Source: Chrysemys picta bellii
Taxonomy: Eukaryota
Assembly: GCF_011386835.1 (NCBI RefSeq)
Contig: NC_088791.1
Span: 355,198,001 to 355,262,000 of the forward strand
Length of the DNA stretch: 64,000 nt
Direction of reading: 5' to 3'
The notes beneath the pieces are model-generated. The model searched no databases. It saw nothing but the letters and a program-made list of their open reading frames with translations, and was not told the DNA's origin. Shown here in pieces: positions 36,091 to 48,599 of this stretch (positions within the stretch are counted from its first letter, which is position 1; every line of letters begins with the position of its first letter). Both the position numbers and the translations under genes were made by a program.

Positions 36091-36774
36091 AAGTTTTTCC
36101 CTGGTGATATGGCTGTCAGGCGAAGCTCCGTGTAGAGTTGGCTGGTGATATGGTGCTGGGCCCTCTTCCCTGAATCACTTTCTGGGCAGTCAGAGAGACA
36201 TTAAATCCTTTTCTGACCTCATTTTGCTGTGTCAGCATGATAAACTGGGGAATCAGTCTATGTACAATTCAGTGGGTTGCCAGCTTTTTCATTTCTGGAA
36301 GCTGGACCCCCAGCACCACAACCCTTAGATTAACGTCTCTGCACCTGCTGTATCTCTTCCCTGCAACCCCCCCACCTCTGTCCCTTGCTCCTCTCTTCCC
36401 CTCCCCTTATTAGTTGCTGGATCATTTTAATCTCCTTTCCCCTAAACACCAACTGCAATCGAGCCATTTCAAAGTTTGATTGGGTGGCTACTTAAACACA
36501 TGATTCCCGGGGCTACTTAGACTATTGAAAACTCTAGGGTTTTTTTGGCATATAACCTAGCAATTATCTGACAGGAGCACTGTATCTAATTCCTGTATAT
36601 AAGAAAGAAAATTAAATATTATACCCACTCAACTCTAATACAAACATTGATGGTCTGGGTGATGGGATGGATTGCACCCTCAGCAAGTTCATGGATGACA
36701 CTAAGCTAGGGGGAGAGGTTGATAAGCTATAGGGTAGGGCAGTAGGGGAAGTCTAGGTTGGATAATAGGGAAAA

Positions 36775-38739
36775 AGGTCAAACATTCCTTCAAAGCTTGT
36801 AACATCTTTGCCCCTTACCCACTTTCCAATCAAATCTTTCTTTTTTTTTTTTAACATATTCCACCTTACTCATATCAGCACCCCTCTTAAGATACCTAAA
36901 TTTCACTCCTTATGTTTCAGGGGTAATCTGAAATTGTTCCAAAACCATTTCTTTCAATTTACAATAATCAAAAGCATTCTCAATTGGCCTTTTATTGAAC
37001 GTATACAGAGCTTTACCAATTAACTTTCAACTAAAGTGGGCATCTTCTGGTCATCAGGAATCACACACAGCCTCTCAAAGATAGTGAAGTATTCAGCTAT
37101 ATCAATGGCCCCATTGTATGCAGGACACAACTGTTCCCATTTGTGGATTTTTGGAGAGGTGGGAAATAGTGTGTGTGTGGGGGGGAGGGTCTGGTTCTGC
37201 TTGTCCAGGAAGTCCAACTAGTGCTTCTGCTCTTCCCTCTTTCTCCTCAATTTCTTGTTATTTTAGTTCCCTAGACCTACTCTTTTGAGCCTCCTCTCCG
37301 GCAGTCTCTGTCTTCTTTAGCTTAAAAATTCACCTATGTTCGTTTTCTTTTTCTGCTGCCTGAAAACTGAATAGCTTGAATTTTGAAATTGTTTGCTGTT
37401 TTCTCTCATCTTGTTGCTTTTCTGTCCCTACTTCCCTTTCTGAAATAAGGAAACATAAAATAAAAAAAGTATGGTGACCTATTTGATCTCCAGCCACCAA
37501 ACTTAAAATCTCTGCACAAGTGTATGAAGTTCAAATATCACTCAGAAAAACAAGGTGTGCATTTTGCACTGCTTGTAATGCCACTGTGATGGACTATGTC
37601 AGGATATAATCTGGAACTGGGGCACTGCTGATCCCTCTAGCGTATCAATCTGGGCCCCCTCCCCTCTCAGGGTGTGAGAAGCTTTAGATGCCTACAGGAC
37701 CCGCACTTACGCAAACATTCACAGGCAGGGTTACACCCAATTGAGTTACATGAATGCTTTCGCCAGCCATCCATGAACCCCCTGTAGCAAGGATCTAGCC
37801 AAAAACCCCCAGTTCACCAGCCTGGGACACAGAGCTGACCAGCTTGTCCTGTTTATAAGCCTGACTGGTAAGTTTATTACTCATCTGCCCCTCCCTCAAT
37901 GTGGAGAGGACAATGCACCAGCCCCTGATCCTGAGCAGATATCCCTTTACACTTCAAACAACACACGGTTTTAGGTTAAAAAAACAGAACAGATTTATTA
38001 ACGACAAGTAATAAGTGTACAGCTCAAAGAAGATTACCTTAAGAAATAAAGCAAAATTGCAAACTCAGTTCTATAAATTAGACAGGATTTGAATCAAGCA
38101 GTGTCGCACCCTGATGGGACAAACAGTTACCCAATCCATACATGGGCCAGGATTCCTTCTTCCCAGCCTGGGACCACCTTTTTCCTCTAGTAGTGCTTTC
38201 AGGTGTTCAGTTGTGGGTGTCGGGGACTGAGACCAAGTGGTGATGTCACTTCCCCCTGTTAATAGCTTCTGCCATGTGGAGGAAACTTCATTTTTTCAAA
38301 ATAATCCCACAGCAGTTAGAGGAACAGTATGGGCACACGATTGATTCTAGAATCATATGAGTTGGTCACATGCCCTGGCATGTTTCAGTGAGTGATAGCA
38401 GGGGTTATTATCCATATTCTGGTCCATGGCCCATTGTGCTCATTGATGGGGCATGAATTTGAATAGTCCATTCACAATGTGCTGGCTAGACTGACTGCAA
38501 ACTACATTTTGGGAATTACCACAGGAACAAACACATTTAAAATGTAGGTATATAATCAGTATTGATCATTTCAAATCCAAAAATGATACATGCATAAAAA
38601 TATGATGGTCATAGTCAGCAAATGATAACTTTTCCATTGACACCTCATATGACATATTTTGTACAAGATTTGTTGCCATTACATAGCAGTGGTTAATATG
38701 GGGATGCCAGTGTGTTGTTTTGGGGTACAGAGTGTCACA
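36775..38739 (-). mobile_element. Truncated Gypsy (gag remnant + LTR 37585-38739), duplicated copy
   Basis: Copy of 10615-12575; ORF 37020-37217 shows gag-like PKIHKWEQLCPAYNGAIDIAEYFTIFERLC. Confidence 0.8.
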
Positions 38740-38793
38740 GCAATATAGCTATCAAATGATATCATCTTGTCCAACCAGTGCTCAAAGCTGGGC

Positions 38794-39408
38794 TGTGATG
38801 GGGCAGCCCCGCCCCGCACTAGCCCTGGCAGCGCCACACCAGTAGCTCTATCGGCGGAAGTCCCGCCTCGCTCGTACTGGGCATGCTCCAAATGCTCAGG
38901 GAATATAAAAAGAGGGAACTCGGCTTAGTCTGGGCTGATGACCGCAGGAGAAGCACCTATAAGGAGAGCTCCGGCAGAGGACCAGCCCGCACTTCTGAAG
39001 CTACCGGGAACTGAGGCCGCTCCAGGCCGGTGCGAAGCCCCACTGCGGGAGGAACCAGAGGAGGCAACAGACCCCAAGACGCATGGAGAACCAGGGGACC
39101 CGTGGGAGACCCCAATGGCTAATCTGGTAGGAAGCGACCAGGGGGGGAGTGACGGACTGGTATCTTGGCCCCTGTAAGCCTCAGTGTGTTTCGGTAGGAC
39201 CCCCCCGCTCAGTCAGTAGCAAGGTCATGCTGCCTGTGACGAGGGCTAACTCCGTGGACTCTGGCCACTAGGCCGTGCTGCCCTGTGACGAGGGCTAACT
39301 CCGTGTGGACTCTGGCCACTAGGCCATGCTGCCTGTGATGAGGGCTAACTCCGTGGACTCTGGCCACTACGCCATGCTGCCCTGTGACACGGACGTTAAA
39401 CCATCACA
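38794..39408 (+). mobile_element. Solo LTR copy with 3 internal repeats
   Basis: Perfect 8-bp terminal inverted repeat TGTGATGG / CCATCACA. Confidence 0.82.
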
Positions 39409-41958
39409 AGGGCCAATTCTACCTAAATCATCCCAGCTAGGGCTTTGTCGAGCCAGGCCTTAACAACCTCTAACAATGAAGATTCCACCATATCCCTAGG
39501 TAACCCATTCCAGTGTTTCACCACCCTCCTAGTGAAAAAGTTTTTTTTTCCTAATATCCAACCTAGACCTCCCCCACTGCAACTTGAGATCAATGCTTCT
39601 TATTCTGTCATCTGCCATCATTGAGAACAGCCTAGCTCTAACCTTTTTGGAAACCCCCTTCAGGTAGTTGAAGGCTGCAATGAAATCCCCCTCACTCTTC
39701 TCCAGACCAAATAAGCCCAGTTCCCTCAGCCTCTCCTCATAAGTCATGTACCCCAGCCCCGTAACCATTTTTATTGTCCTCCACTGGACTCTCTCCAATT
39801 TGTCCACATCCTTCCTGTAGTGGGGGGCCACCAAACTGGACATAATACTCCAGATGTGGCCTCACCAGTTCCAAATAGAGGGGGATAATCATTTCCCTCG
39901 ATCTTTTGACAATACTCCTACTAATGCAGCTCAATATGCCGTTAGCCTTCTTGGCAACGAGGGCACACTCTTGACTTATGTGCAGCTTCTCATCCACTGT
40001 AATCCCTGGGTTGTTTTCTGCAGAACTGCCAGTTATCCAGTTGGTCTGCAGACTGTAGCAATGCATGCAGGACTCTGCATTGTCCTTGTTGAACATCATC
40101 AGATTTCTTTTGTCCAATTTGCCTAGGTCATTCTGGACCCTATCCCTACCCCCAAGGGTATCTACCTCTCCTCCCAGATTAGTGACATCCACTACGTTCT
40201 GAGGGTGAAATCCATCCTATCATCCAGATCATTAATGAAGATGTTGAACAAAACAAACCCCAGCACTGAACCCAGGGCACTCCACTTGATATAATCATCA
40301 TCATACTTGACTTTTCTATCTTGGTGGATACCAAAGGCTGGTTTGCTGTAAGTGAACTGCACACTATGTCCTACCTCAGTGACCATAAGAACGATCATAC
40401 TGGGTCAGACCAAAGATCTGTCTAGCCCAGTATTCTGTCTTCTGACAGTGGCCAATTCCAGGTGACACAGAGGGAATGAACAGAACAGGTAATGATCAAG
40501 TGATCCATCCACCAGAACCCATTCCCAGCTTCTAGCAAACAGAGGCTAGGGACAACACTTATTCACATCCTGGCTACTATCCATTAATGGACCAATTCTC
40601 CATGAATATGTCTAGTTCATTTTGGAACCCCGTTATAGTCTTGGCCTTCACAACATCCTGTGGCAAAGAGTTCCAGAGACTGACTGTGAGTTATGTGAAA
40701 AAAAAACATCCTTTCATATGTTTTAAACCTGCTACCTATTAATTTCATTGGGTGACACCTAGTTCTTGTGTTATGAGGAGTAAATAACATTTCCTTATTC
40801 TTTTTTTACACCTTTCATGATTTTATAGAACTCTCTCATACTCTCCCCCCCCCTTAGTCATCTCTTTGCCAAGCAGACAACTCCCCGTCTTTTTCATCTC
40901 AACCCATAAAGAAATTGTTTGATGCCCCTAATCATTTCTCTGTACCTTTTCCAATTCCAGTATATCTTTTTTGAAATGGGGCAATCAGATCCGCATGCAG
41001 TATTCAATATATACGCATACTATAGGTATAGATAGAGGCAATATATTATCCCTCTACCTCTTCCTTTCCCAGTGATTCCCAATATTCTGTTAACTTTTTT
41101 GACTGCCACTGCAGATTGTGTGGATGTTTTTGGAGAACTATCCACAATGATTTCAAAGTCTTTCTTGAATGGTGTGAGCTAATTTAGACCCCATCATTTT
41201 CTTTGTATAGCTGGGAACGTGTTTTCCAATGTGCATTACTTTGCATTTATCAACACTGAATTTTATCTGCCGTTTTGTTGCCCCGCAGTCTGCTTGGGAC
41301 TGAACTGTCTTGAATAGTTTTGTATCATCTGCAAATTTTGTCACCTCACTATTTACTACTAGGGCTGTCAAGCAATGAATTTTTTGTTTCAACATCACCC
41401 TGGAGGATACACTGGGATATGGTCAGAGCCCTCTGGGGTGTCCAAGGGCCAACTCCTGGACCCCCTGATTTCTCCTCCAGTTGGACTCTCTGCTTCAGCC
41501 ATCGCCCTGCTAGCAGAGTCCCCTCTCCGGCCCTTGTGCCTGTCTCCTACCCCAGGTTTCTCTGGCAGTCTCTGTGGTTTTAAAGGGCTGGACCAACACC
41601 TCCTCTCTCTGTTCACTTTCTGGTGAGGTTCCATTCCTTCCATGCCCACCCCTCTGCAGAGAAGCTGTAGTAAACAGGTTTTCATCACTTCTTCTGTCCA
41701 GGCAAGATCTTGTTAGGGCCGATAGCCTTTAATGACTTTTTAATATATATACAGATGCCTCCTGCCCCTTAGTACAAAGAGGATGAGCGAAGAGTAGAGG
41801 AAAATCCCAAAGAAATAAGGATATAGATGGTTGATACAATCAAATGTGAATGAATAGGGTTAAAATATCTGCTCAATGTGAGGTGGCAATCAAAAAAGCG
41901 AACAGAATGTTGGTAACCATGTAGAAAGTGTAGATAATAAGACAGAAAATATCTTATT

Positions 41959-42158
41959 TGGGGCGAGGGATAGCTCAGTGGTTTGAGCGTTAGCCTGCTA
42001 AACCCAGGGTTGTGAGTTCAATTCTTGAGGGGGCCACTGGGGGACCTGGGGCAAAATCAGTACTTGGTCCTGCTAGTAAAGGCAGGGGGCTGGACTCAAT
42101 GACCTTTCAAGGTCCCTTCCAGTTCTAGGAGATGGGATATCTCCATTAATTATTATTA
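41959..42158 (+). mobile_element. tRNA-derived turtle SINE, independent insertion
   Basis: GGGATAGCTCAGTGGTTTGAGCG...GAGTTCAATTC; (ATT)n tail; TSD ~TTATT; empty site ATCTTATTGCCTCTA at ~56255. Confidence 0.92.
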
Positions 42159-42892
42159 TTATTGCCTCTATAAATCTATGCTATGCCCACATATTGAATA
42201 CTGAATGCAGATCTGGTCACCCCATCTAAAAAATAATGTTGGAATTGGAAAAGAAGGGCAATAGAAATGATTAGGGGTATTAAATGGAGGAGAAGAGGTG
42301 GAACAGTTTTGGACATTTCAGCTTGGAAAAGAGATGCCTTGGGGGTATGAGAGTGTCAGGGTTCCCTCATCACTCTGAACTCTGGGGTACAGATATGCAG
42401 ACCTACATGAAAGACCCCCTAAAGTTATATTTCTTCAGCTTAGGTTAATAACTTCCCCAAGGCACAAATTCCTTTCCTTGTGACTTTATTGCCCCCATCA
42501 CCAAGTGATTTAAACAAACATTCAGGGAGGGGCCACTTGGAGCCCTATCCCCCCCAAAATATCCCACTAAGCCCCTTCATCCCCTTTCCTGGGGGAGCTT
42601 GAGAATAATATACCAACCACTAGGTTAACAAAGTGAGCACAGACCAAATCCCTAGTTTTTAGGGCACTGAAAATCAATCAGGTTCTTAAAAGAAGAATTT
42701 TATATATATATATAAAAAAGCAATAGAATCACACTGGCAAAATCAGGATGGAAGATAACTTTACAGGGTAAATAAAAAAGATTTAAAACACAGAGGATTC
42801 CCCTCTAGGCTCATCTTCATAGTTGCAAAAACAGGAATAAACCTCCCTCTTAGCATAGGGAAAATTCACAAGCTAAAACAAAAGATAATCTA

Positions 42893-43215
42893 GAATCATA
42901 GAATATCAGGGTTGGAAGGGACCTTAGGAGGTCATCTAGTCCAACCCCCTGCTCAAAGCAGGACCAATCCCCAACTAAATCATCCCAGCCAGGGCTTTGT
43001 CAAGCCTGACCTTAAAAACTTCTAAGGAAGGAGATTCCACCACCTCCCTAGGTAACTCATTCCACTGCTTCACCACCCTCCTAGTGAAAAAGTTTTTCCT
43101 AATATCCAACCTAAACCTCCCCCACTGCAACTTGAGACCATGGCTCCTTGTTCTGTCATGTGCTACGACTGAGAAAGGTCCAGATCCATCCGCTTTGGAG
43201 CCCCCTTTCAGGTAG
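42893..43215 (-). mobile_element. Young CR1 3' end nested in the LTR
   Basis: GAATCATAGAATATCAGGGTTGGAAGGGACC tail; TSD TAATCTA (42886-42892 / 43216-43222). Confidence 0.92.
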
Positions 43216-43253
43216 TAATCTAACGTATTTCCTTGCTATTACTTACAATTTCT

Positions 43254-44354
43254 AGAGTGGTAGCCATGTTAGTCTGTATCAGCAAAAACAACGAAGGGTC
43301 CTTGTGGCACCTTAGAGACTAACAAATTGATTTGGACATAAGCTTTCATGGGCTAGAAACAACTTCATCAGATGCATGAAGTGAAAAATACAGGAGCAGG
43401 TATAAATACATGAAAGGATGGGGTTGCTTTACCAAGTGTGAGATTAGTCTAACAAGACAATTCAATTGACAGCAGGATACCAAAGGAGGAAAAATAACTT
43501 TTGAAGTGGTAAGAGAGTTGCCCATAACAGATATGTGAGAGTAAGAGTAATGTGTGAGTAACAGAATGTTTGAGTAACAGTAATGAGAAATTAGTATTGG
43601 GGAAATTAAGTTTAGGTTTTGAAATGCCCAAACCACTTCTACATCCATAGTGGCCAGGATGGTGTTTTCTGGAAGATCACTGATGGATTGTAGTTTCCTC
43701 AGGAAGTCAGTGGTGTCTCGAAGACAGCTGGGAGTGCTGGTAGCTTAGGGCCTGAAGAGAGAGTCTACGTAGCCAGATAATCTTGCTGTCAGGGTGCCAA
43801 TGCCTGAGATGAAGAATAAATGGAAACAAATCTGACATCAGGAATCATAACATTCAAAAACCACTTGGCGAACACTTCAGTCTCTCTGGTCACTCAATAA
43901 CAGACCTCAAAGTGGCAATTTTTCAACAAAAAAGCTTCGAGAACAGATTCCAACATGCAGCTGCAGAACTGGAATTAATTTGCAAATTGGATACCATCAG
44001 ATTAGGCCTGAATAAAGACTGGGAGTGGTTTGGTCATTACAAAACCTAAACTTAATTTCCCCAATACTAATTTCTCCCTACTTTTACTCACACCTTCTTG
44101 TCAACTTTCTGTAATGGGCCACTCTCTTACCACTTCAAAAGTTATTTTTCCACCCTTGGTATCCTGCTGTTAATTGATTTATCTCATTAGACTGAACTTG
44201 CACTTGGTAAAGCAACCTCCATCCTTTCATGTATTTATATCTGCTCCTGTATTTTTCACTTAATTCATCTGATGAAGTGAGTTCTAGCCCACGAAAGCCT
44301 CTGTCCAAATAAATTCATTAGTCTCTAAGGTGCCACAAGGACTCCTCATTATTT
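43254..44354. mobile_element. Penelope-like element: inverted pseudo-LTRs, RT fragment (-) and GIY-YIG C-terminus (+)
   Basis: TSD TTACAATTTCT (43243-43253 / 44355-44365); minus 43635-43810 ISGIGTLTARLSGYVDS...RDTTDFLRKLQ...TILATMDVE; plus 43813-44048 KSDIRNHNIQKPLGEHF...AELELICKLDT...GLNKDWEW. Confidence 0.92.
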
Positions 44355-45009
44355 TTACAATTTCTGTAATTTTAGATGTCAGTTCAGGATCTTGTTAGGA
44401 TCTGGTTTACCTGCTTGGTCTCTCTCTTTGTCCTGAGAGGGAACCAACAAAAAGAGCACCAACAAAACCTTCCCCCACTGCAGATTTGAAAGTATCTTCT
44501 TTCCCCATTGGTCCTTCTGGTCAGGTGCCAACTAGGTTAATTGAACTGATTAACCCCTTACAGGTAAGTGATTCTGTTCCTCTGGCCAGGAGGGATTTTA
44601 TGTTATTGCACATAGAAAGGTTGCTACCCTTCCTTTTATATTTATGACAAAGAGAGATCTATAAAATCATGACAGGTGTGGAGAAATTTAATAAAGAAAT
44701 AGTATGTACTCCTTCAAATAACACAAGCAATAGGTGTCACCCAATGAAATTAATAGAGAGCAAATCTAAAGCAAACAAAAATAATTATTTATTCACAATC
44801 AGACTGTGGAACTCTTGGCCAGAGGAGGTTATGAAGGCCAAAACAATAACATGGTTCCGGTAAAATTAGGTAAGTTCATGGAGGATAGTCAATCGATGTC
44901 CATTATGCACAATGGGCAGGGATCATGTCCCTAGCGTCTGTTTGCCAGAAGCTGGGAGTGGGTGACAGGGCATGAATCACTTAATTATTACCTGTTCTGT
45001 TCATTCATT

Positions 45010-45205
45010 GCTGAGCAGTTTTCAGTTAAGTCTGCTGCTGTGGGGGTGTGGCCCAGACCCTGGGTCTGTGTTGAAGCAGGCTAGCATGTCTGGCTCAACA
45101 AAAAGGGTTCTGGAAATCCCATAATGGCAGGGAAGACTGGTTCAGAGGTAATTTCAGCACATTTGGTGACAGTCCCAGGGGGATCTCTGTGACCGATTCA
45201 TCACA
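45010..45205 (+). mobile_element. 3' remnant of the solo LTR seen complete at 56994-60412
   Basis: GACAGTCCCAGGGGGATCTCTGTGACCGAT...TCACA followed by the same flank as 60412. Confidence 0.75.
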
Positions 45206-45768
45206 TATGTATTAACATTTTAATCCCGAATGGTGTCCCTTAAGTGACGTCCCACAAGTTGTCAGTACGTGTTTGTATTAGAGCTGAGCGGGTTTAATAT
45301 TCATTTACTTTTCTTTCTTTTATATATGAATTAGATACTATCCTTCTGCCACAAAACTAGATGGTTCAAGTGGCAACGCCTACCAAAATCTGAAATGGCT
45401 CCCGTACAGCTGGGGTGGCGGAGAGTGGAGGTGAAAAGGATACAGTGACTGACAAGGGGAGGGGAAGAGAGGAACGAGCAACTGAAGTGGGGCTTTTGTG
45501 GGGAAGAGGCACAGCAGGGAAGGAGCCTTATTGGAAGAGCCAGGGCAGGGGGCGGGCCTGCAGAGGTCCAGCTTCCGGCAATAAAAAAGGTGTCAGACCA
45601 GTGAATTGTACATAGACTGATTCCCCAGTTTGTCATACTGACACAGCACAGTACGGTCATAAAGGGTTTAATATCTCTCTGACTGTCCAGGAAGTGGTTC
45701 AGGGAAGATGGCCCAGCACCATGTTACCAGCCGTCTCTACACAGAGACAGAGGAACAGGGTAAAAGTA

Positions 45769-46716
45769 TTAGGTCCCTTTACGAGTAAAGAGCCGGAGCA
45801 GCCTGTCCCGGATCTGTTTTGTCCTTACCCCATAGATGATGGGGTGAAGCACGGGGGGCACAAGCAGGTACACATTGGCAATGAGAACAAGGACATGTAG
45901 GGGCACTTTGTGGCCAAACCGGTGAACGAGGGAGGAGAAGAATTCTGGAAGGTAGAAAGATAATATGCAACAAAGGTGGGAGCCACAGGTCCCAAAAGTC
46001 TTGAGCCGGGCGTCCTTTGTGGGAAGGCTGAAGATGGCCCTGAGGATCTGGATATAGGACACGGTGATAAAAGGCACATCTAGACCAATCACAGAGAATA
46101 CTACAAAGAGACCATAGTAACTACTGATGCAGGTATCAGCACAGGCCAGCTTCACCACAGCTATGTGATCACAGTAGGAATGGGGGATGATGTTGGTTCT
46201 GCAATATGGCCACCGCCTCACTAGGAAGGGATAGGGCAATGTAAGTATGCCGCTGCGCAGCAGCACAGCCAGGCCAATCTTGGCCACAACAGAATTTGTG
46301 AGGGTGGTGGAATGTCTCAGGGGATCACAGATGGCCACGTAGCGATCCAAAGCCAAGGCCACAAATATCCCAGACTCCATCGCTGAGAAGCAGTGAATGA
46401 AGTACATCTGGGTGAGGCAGGCAGTGAAATCGATCTCCCTGGAATTGAACCAGAAGTTACTCAGCATTTTGGGCACAGTGGCCGTGGACAGGACCAGGTC
46501 GGTGACAGCCAGCATGCAGAGGAAATAGTACATGGGCCCATGGAGGCTCTGCTCCGTCTTCACGATGAACAGGATGGTGAAGTTCCCCAAGACGGCTATG
46601 GTGTACATGGTACAGAAGGGGATGGAGATCCAGACATGGGCTGCCTCCAGGCCAGGAATACCAAGCAGAATGAAGGTGGAGGGGTTGGTGAAATTGGTTG
46701 TGTTGGAATCTGACAT
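45769..46716 (-). CDS. Olfactory receptor, OR52-like (gene 5), 315 aa from MSDSN (ORF is open from 46830)
   Basis: LHGPMYYFL, ALDRYVAICDPLRH, HSYCDH, KTFGTCGSH, HRFG, PPVLHPIIYG. Confidence 0.95.
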   Translation of the reverse strand: MSDSNTTNFTNPSTFILLGIPGLEAAHVWISIPFCTMYTIAVLGNFTILFIVKTEQSLHGPMYYFLCMLAVTDLVLSTATVPKMLSNFWFNSREIDFTACLTQMYFIHCFSAMESGIFVALALDRYVAICDPLRHSTTLTNSVVAKIGLAVLLRSGILTLPYPFLVRRWPYCRTNIIPHSYCDHIAVVKLACADTCISSYYGLFVVFSVIGLDVPFITVSYIQILRAIFSLPTKDARLKTFGTCGSHLCCILSFYLPEFFSSLVHRFGHKVPLHVLVLIANVYLLVPPVLHPIIYGVRTKQIRDRLLRLFTRKGT

Positions 46717-48490
46717 GGAGTAGAGGAGAAGTTGTCCCTGACTTCCTGTATGTGCCCAGGGTATAGGGTGATGGTTGAAGTTCAAATGCCTGGATGGAGA
46801 GACAGTATTAATATAAGACTCTACATGCACTACTGGAGGCTGTTTTCATGGGTGAAACAGATTGGTAACTCTTCACACACTGAGAAATGACATTTTCATA
46901 ATTCAGGGAAATGAATTATGAATAACTGACCCTTCTAATGCCAATTCAATATTTTATGATATTCCTTGTATCAATAATTCTTACATGTCAGGGTAGAGGA
47001 ACTTTAAGAGGCAGCAGTGGGAAACACATGTGTGGATAATGGTTATCCATTCTTTAATGCAATGAAACCCAGGGTAGAAAATCCATGTTGTAGGGAGTTA
47101 CACATTTATCTGATTTCTCAAAATCTGAAAGTGGAAAAAAATCCAAACCTTTGTCAAGACATGTGCCAGGGGTAAACATCCCATCTGGAACATACCTCAG
47201 GGAAAAGACCTGGGCATGATTAATAGCAGCTCAATTGAAACACCTGCTCATTCGCAGCAGAGGCAAAACGAAACACAATCTTTGGAAGCCTAAGGAATGG
47301 GATAGAGAATAACCTCCGCTGGATATGTACTCAGTTTTTGTCACTTTGTCTCTAGAAAGGATATAACAAATATGAAGGGGATTTCCCAGACATGTATGAG
47401 AATGGAGAACAGACTGAAAAGTCTGTGACTGTTTAGTTTAGAGAAGAGACAAACAAGGAGGCATATGATGGAGGGGAGGGAAATAGGTAAGGAACTGATT
47501 ACATTCAAATTGACAAACAGAGAAGAGTTCCCCACTAATACTATATATAGATGCTAAGTGCTTCAAAATCTGTAGTTTTCCAAACTGAGGAAAACTATAA
47601 GCAAAACTGAATGGGATGAAAAATTTAGACAAAAAAATGGAATAAAAATTGGGAGTTCTTTAAGAAGAGATTATTAGATAGCAAAAATGTCACAATTCCA
47701 CAGTCAAGAAGGTGAAAAACTTTGGCTAAAAACCCGGTTCAGCTGCAAAGTGAATGTAGAAATTAGGGGTTAGGGGAAGCTATTTATAACAAAAGTAAAA
47801 AAGGGGAAATAAATAGCCTGCAATATAAAGTGGAAGTTATGAAAATCGAAAAGGGACTTTAAAGACATCAGTTAAATATCTATGATTGGCAAAGCTAAGG
47901 ATCATGAAAAACAAGTTTATTAAGTTCATTAAGAAAAGGAATCCTAGAAAAGTTTTAGGGCAATTCCTGTGTTTTAAAAGTAAACCATAAAAAAAAGTAA
48001 AGATTTGAAAAGATTAGGAAAAAATGGAAAAGCTGGTATGGGATTAGTTCAAGAAAAAAAATTCTAAGAATATAAATAATGTCAGTCAATATCAAGGTTT
48101 ATGCAAAACCGGTCTTGTCGAGTAAAGCTGAATTCATTCTTTTGTTAGAGTAAACATTTGGTTTATCAAGGGAACTGTGCATATGCAATAAGCTTTAATT
48201 TTTCTATGTCATTTTAATTTATTCAGGGAAAACAGTGAGGTAAAATAATTAACACTCTACAATATCATTAGAGCACACACAAAAAGGACCAAAGACTAGC
48301 TGACAGAGAGACCTCAGAAAGCACTTGTAGTGACTGGGGCTTTTTCTAGTGGGGTTCTGCAGGGATCAGTCCTGGGCCTGATGTTATTCAGTATTTTCAT
48401 CACTGACCTGACAGGAAATAGAGAATCAGTGCAGATAAAATTTGCGGATGACCCAAAGCTTGGCAGAGTGCTGAAAATGAGGAGGACAGG

Positions 48491-48599
48491 TAAGGTGACC
48501 AGATAGAAAGTGTAAAAAATCAAGACTAGGCGGGGGGAAATAGAGGAAGCCCCAACTATTGGGACTGTCCCTAAAAAATTGGGACATCTGGTCACACCA
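48491..48599. mobile_element. hAT-type MITE
   Basis: TIR TAAGGTGACCAGAT / ATCTGGTCACACCA; 8-bp TSD AGGACAGG / AGCACAGG; empty site at ~6910 and ~350. Confidence 0.8.

Larger units (their letters stand above)
28064..41140 (+). repeat. Tandem segmental duplication, full unit (13,077 bp, contains gene 4)
   Basis: Ends where the CR1 continues uninterrupted (GGAGAACTATCCACAATG) at 41140. Confidence 0.95.
42354..44649. mobile_element. Solo LTR carrying nested CR1 and Penelope insertions
   Basis: TGTCA...TGACA ends; flanks GAGAG/AAGAG; empty site ATATGAGAGAGATT at ~56420. Confidence 0.8.
41870..45000 (+). mobile_element. CR1 3' fragment interrupted by a SINE and a solo LTR (uninterrupted paralog ~56150-56860)
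   Basis: MTGVEKFNKE...HPMKLIESKSKANK...IRLWNSWPEEVMKAKT (ORF 44669-44863). Confidence 0.8.

Noticed and set aside
4531-41140. Triplication as a simple two-haplotype assembly artefact
   Set aside because: Three distinct versions, each with private indels and a novel junction, are hard to obtain from two alleles; not fully excluded without reads.
41360-41700. GC-rich block starting TAGGGCTGTCAAGC (also ~55612) as a hAT MITE
   Set aside because: A 5' TIR-like start is visible but no matching 3' TIR or TSD could be found, so it is left unassigned.
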